DNA of 12,009 nucleotides, from the NCBI GenBank assembly GCA_054661495.1, contig BAAFSQ010000302.1:1-12009 (forward strand), written 5' to 3'. The translations under genes were made by a program, and so were the position numbers. This document shows positions 8,326-12,009 of the stretch, piece after piece (within the stretch, counting starts at the first letter, position 1; every line of letters begins with the position of its first letter). The notes beneath the pieces are model-generated. The model was not told the origin of the DNA. It worked only from the letters and a program-made list of their open reading frames with translations, and ran no database searches. The stretch comes from Zygophlyctis sp. KS116 (taxonomy: Eukaryota; Fungi; Chytridiomycota).

Positions 8326-11300
8326 ATGGGAGTCCCAAAGTTCTTTAGATGGATTTCAGAGCGATATCCGCTCACCAGTCAGTGCATCAATGACTCTAGT
8401 ATTCCACAATTTGATAATTTGTATTTGGATATGAATGGAATTATTCACAATTGTTCGCATAAAGATAACGACGATGTTATGACTAGAATTTCTGAAACTC
8501 AAATATTCTTGAATATTTTTGGATATATTGATTATCTATTTACTACTATTAAACCGTCAAGTGTATTTTTTCTGGCGGTCGATGGAGTCGCTCCAAGAGC
8601 TAAAATGAATCAGCAGAGAAGTAGAAGATTTCGAACTGCTCAGGAAGCTGAAAATGCTCGAAAGAAAGCAATGCAAAAGGGATTAGAGTTGCCAAAGGAA
8701 CCGCCCTTTGACTCAAATTGTATCACTCCAGGGACAGAGTTTATGACTAGACTACACGACCAACTAATCTATTTTATTAATAAGAAAATATCAGAAGATA
8801 AAGCTTGGGCAAATTGTACTGTTATACTATCAGGTCATGATGTTCCAGGAGAAGGAGAACATAAGATTATGGAGTATTTTAGATTTATAATTCTAAAAAT
8901 TTAGATATATTAGACACACTCGTGCGCAGCCAGGTTATTCTGCAAATATTAGACATTGTTTATATGGGTTAGATGCAGATTTAATTATGTTGGGGCTTTT
9001 AGCACATGAACCACATTTTTCCTTGTTAAGAGAGGAAGTTCAGTTTGGTAGAGAAAAGAAAAAGATTGCAGGTGTGGAAAATACGACATTCTTTTTAATG
9101 CATCTTAATCTTTTTAGGGAATATTTGGACTTGGAGTTTTCTATTTTGAAAACAACTCTGAAATTTTCCTATGATGTGGAGAAAATTATTGATGACTTTA
9201 TATTAATGAGTTTCTTTGTAGGAAACGATTTTTTGCCTCATTTACCTGGTCTTCATATAAATGAAGGGGCATTGATACTAATGTTTAATCTTTATAAATC
9301 AATATTGCCAGAAATGGATGGATACTTAAATGAAAATGGGGTTTTGGTACTTCCTAGAATACAAAAAATGATATCTGGGCTTGCAAAATTTGAAAAAGAA
9401 CAGTTTGAAGAGGGGATGGGTGATTTTGAATGGTTAGAAGGGAAGAAAAATACTTCCAAAACCACCAAAAGCAATGGAGGTTCTAAAGGTATTTTTAATA
9501 AAAATTAATTCCAAGCAAATATATCCCTTAACCAAAAGGATATGTATGAAAAAGTCAAACTTTTTATATTGAAGCGAAATTCTAAAAGATTGGCATTCAA
9601 AGCAGAGATGCCAGCAAGAGATAGAGCTTTTATTCTTAAATTAGCAAAAGATATTGGGCTTTCTCACACTGTTGAATATGTTGATTCGTCTGAATTACAT
9701 TTTTTGATTCTTGAATTGGATTCTGAAGATGATGAAAGTGATGAGGAGAGTTTAGAAGCACGGCATAGAGTCTTTCGTCGCTATGATATGATGCAAGTAG
9801 TTGATGAAGAGGCCTTGGCTGAAACTCTCGCTGAAAAAAAGAAGGAAAGGATTGATCAAGAATTTTCTGTTTGGAAAACTGGATATTATCGGGTATACTT
9901 AATCTTTTTAAATGAAAGGAGAAACTCGAAATCGATTATAAGAATCCGAATCATATGAAAAACATTGCGTATTCTTACGTAGAAGGCTTGCAATGGGTTT
10001 TGTATTATTACTATCGTGGGGTATCTTCGTGGGGATGGTTCTATCCACATCATTACGCTCCTTTTACAACTGACTTGAATATGATTGGTACTTTTGAATT
10101 CAATTTTCAGATTGGTAAGCCTTTCAGACCTTTTGACCAGCTGATGGGTGTTTTGCCTGCTGCGAGTTTTCAGCATATACCTGAAGCGTTTAGAAGTTTG
10201 ATGTTCGATACAGAATCGCCGATCATTGATTTTTATCCGACTATGTTTGAACTGGATTTGAATGGTAAAAAAAATGACTGGGAAGCAGTTGTGAAAATAC
10301 CATTCATTGACGAGAAACGGCTTTTAGAAGCTCTTAATGGTAATTTTGCATTTACTTAACGTAGCTCGGATGTCGCATTTAACACCCGAAGAGCGTAAAC
10401 GAAATTCTCATGGCTCTCCTCTATGTTTGAGGAGGGATGAGTCAGTCTGTTTTGATTTCTCTTCCAAATTGCCAGGCGTCTTTCCAGGTATTTATAATTA
10501 CTGACATGAAGTTATCTCGCAGTGCAAGTGTCGAACAAACATCTTTAATCTGCCATCAACTCCTAATGGATTTCTTTATGGGCTGATTCCTGGGGCAAAT
10601 CTAGGGAAATATATGTTACCTGGCTTTCCGTCAACCAAATCCCTACCTCATATTGCTACTCTTGGATTCCATGGCGTATCTCCTTTTAAAATTGAAAGCA
10701 AGTAATTTCAAGATTCCTTTGCTAATTGAATTAGAAATCAAACTATAGTGATAACTATAACAGGTCGCGAAGAAGAAGTTAATGCAGAGTCGCTTGCTCA
10801 AGGGAAGATTGGTAGGAATGTTTTTATCGGTAATATTTCCTTTTTGATATTTAAGGTTGGCCTTTTCTATGTGAGGCTAAGGTATCATCAATTATGGATC
10901 AAAACCATGTTTATACACTGGATTTTCAAGGAAAATTAGTTGTTACTCCTCATTCACAGAAAACTGAATCGCATTTCTTCAAAGGCTCGGAAACTTTGGA
11001 GACTTACTATAGTAAACGTTATGGAGTTATTACTGGACAAATCGATATTATATTTTCATGCCATCTCCTGCAGGGTAATAATAGTCATTATATAACCAGC
11101 AGGGCTCAGCCTTCAAGAGGATTCTTCGCTACGCAAGTCTTTTATGGATGAAAAAGTTGATTTCCCCTGGCAACTAGGTACTTCGAAAGTGTTAATTTAT
11201 AAGTCATTTATGATCGCAAGTATGAAGATCCTCGCTTTATGGTAATTACTATTTGTTTTCATCATTAAGGAACAAGATCCGCCTCCCATTAATCAGGAAT

Positions 11301-12009
11301 TCCCTTTAAACTCAAATGTTTTCTTCTTGGGTGGTTTTCATTATGGTCGTTTGGCTGAAATATGTGCACATACTGAAAAGGAAGTTTCGATCAAAATTTA
11401 CGTAATCTATATAACTATTAACGGTTAGAAATCAGATACCTTTGAACCTTCATTCACAAAAGATCTTGACAGTAGTGACTTATATGTGCCTAGCTATGTG
11501 ATTGCAAAGGAAGTGGGCCTAACGTCTTTAGCTTTAGCAAAGATTACATCAACTATGTTCGTTTTTAGTCAAAAAGATGAAACTAGATATAATTTAGGAT
11601 TATGTCTGAAGTTTGAATCAAAAGGAAAGAAAGTTTTAGGTTATTCTAAAAAGGGAACTAAAGGTTGGGAATTTTCAGCAAAAGCTAGAGATTTAATTAA
11701 AAATTATGTTTGGCGATTTCCGGAATTCTTTCAAAATTTGAACAGGAATCTTAAAAACGATATTTACGAAGTTTCAGATTTGTTTACTCTCGGTGATGGT
11801 CATGAACAACTTGAAGAGATGAAGAAATGGTTGAAAGACGCAGATGTTAAGTCATTCGAAGCGGTGCCTTTGAATTCCGAATCACTTTCAAAAAACGTAA
11901 TCCAAAACATTGAAAGCCGTATAAATGAAATGATCAATAATACAATCTCTGATAAAAAGAAAGCATCTTTTGTTACTGTAGATAACGTTCCTCGTCAGGT
12001 AATAATCAA
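8326..12009 (+). CDS. XRN1: 5'-3' exoribonuclease 1 (Xrn1/Kem1), 3'-partial, at least 11 introns
   Basis: MGVPKFFRWISERYP start, FDNLYLDMNGIIH, DGVAPRAKMNQQR, FDSNCITPGT, PGEGEHKIM, YGLDADLIM, GNDFLP, LQWVLYYYYRG and downstream Xrn1-specific segments (GFPS, GWPFL, EDPRF, NLGLCLKFE). Introns 8874-8904 (31 nt), 9489-9515 (27), 9893-9918 (26), 10340-10364 (25), 10488-10511 (24), 10702-10734 (33), 10830-10855 (26), 11075-11102 (28), 11178-11203 (26), 11242-11269 (28), 11402-11428 (27), with a probable further donor at 11999. Confidence 0.97.

Noticed and set aside
3621-10176. Minus-strand ORFs 3621-3806, 4334-4531, 4622-4834, 6578-6829, 9292-9474 and 9886-10176
   Set aside because: Short antisense shadows of RRP5 and XRN1 exons with no recognisable motifs.
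11896-11915. Intron-like GTAATC...GAAAG (20 nt) in XRN1
   Set aside because: Removing it would shift an otherwise open, Xrn1-like frame, and it is shorter than every supported intron.
2438-12009. RRP5 and XRN1 as pseudogenes, programmed frameshifts, stop-codon readthrough or an alternative genetic code
   Set aside because: Each break coincides with an AT-rich GT..AG segment of 24-33 nt whose removal restores conserved motifs. No in-frame stops remain in exons.

Overview
AT-rich, extremely compact eukaryotic nuclear DNA in the standard genetic code (TAA, TAG and TGA all act as stops). The proteins look fungal, and an early-diverging lineage is an inference. The fragmented ORF track resolves into six spliced genes: a 5'-partial mitochondrial [2Fe-2S] ferredoxin (+), mitochondrial EF-Ts (-), an unannotated 81-aa coiled-coil micro-gene (-), CIA2/MIP18 (-), RRP5 (+, 1876 aa) and a 3'-partial XRN1 (+). 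The main signal is the splicing system. I mapped 25 complete GT-AG introns by hand, all 24-33 nt (mean about 27). Most have T rather than G at donor +5, about a third use AAG acceptors, there is no real polypyrimidine tract, and a branch-like A sits about 8 nt from the 3' end. Genes are packed with spacers as short as 5 nt, which suggests overlapping or polycistronic transcription. I saw no RNA genes, CRISPR arrays or transposase genes.
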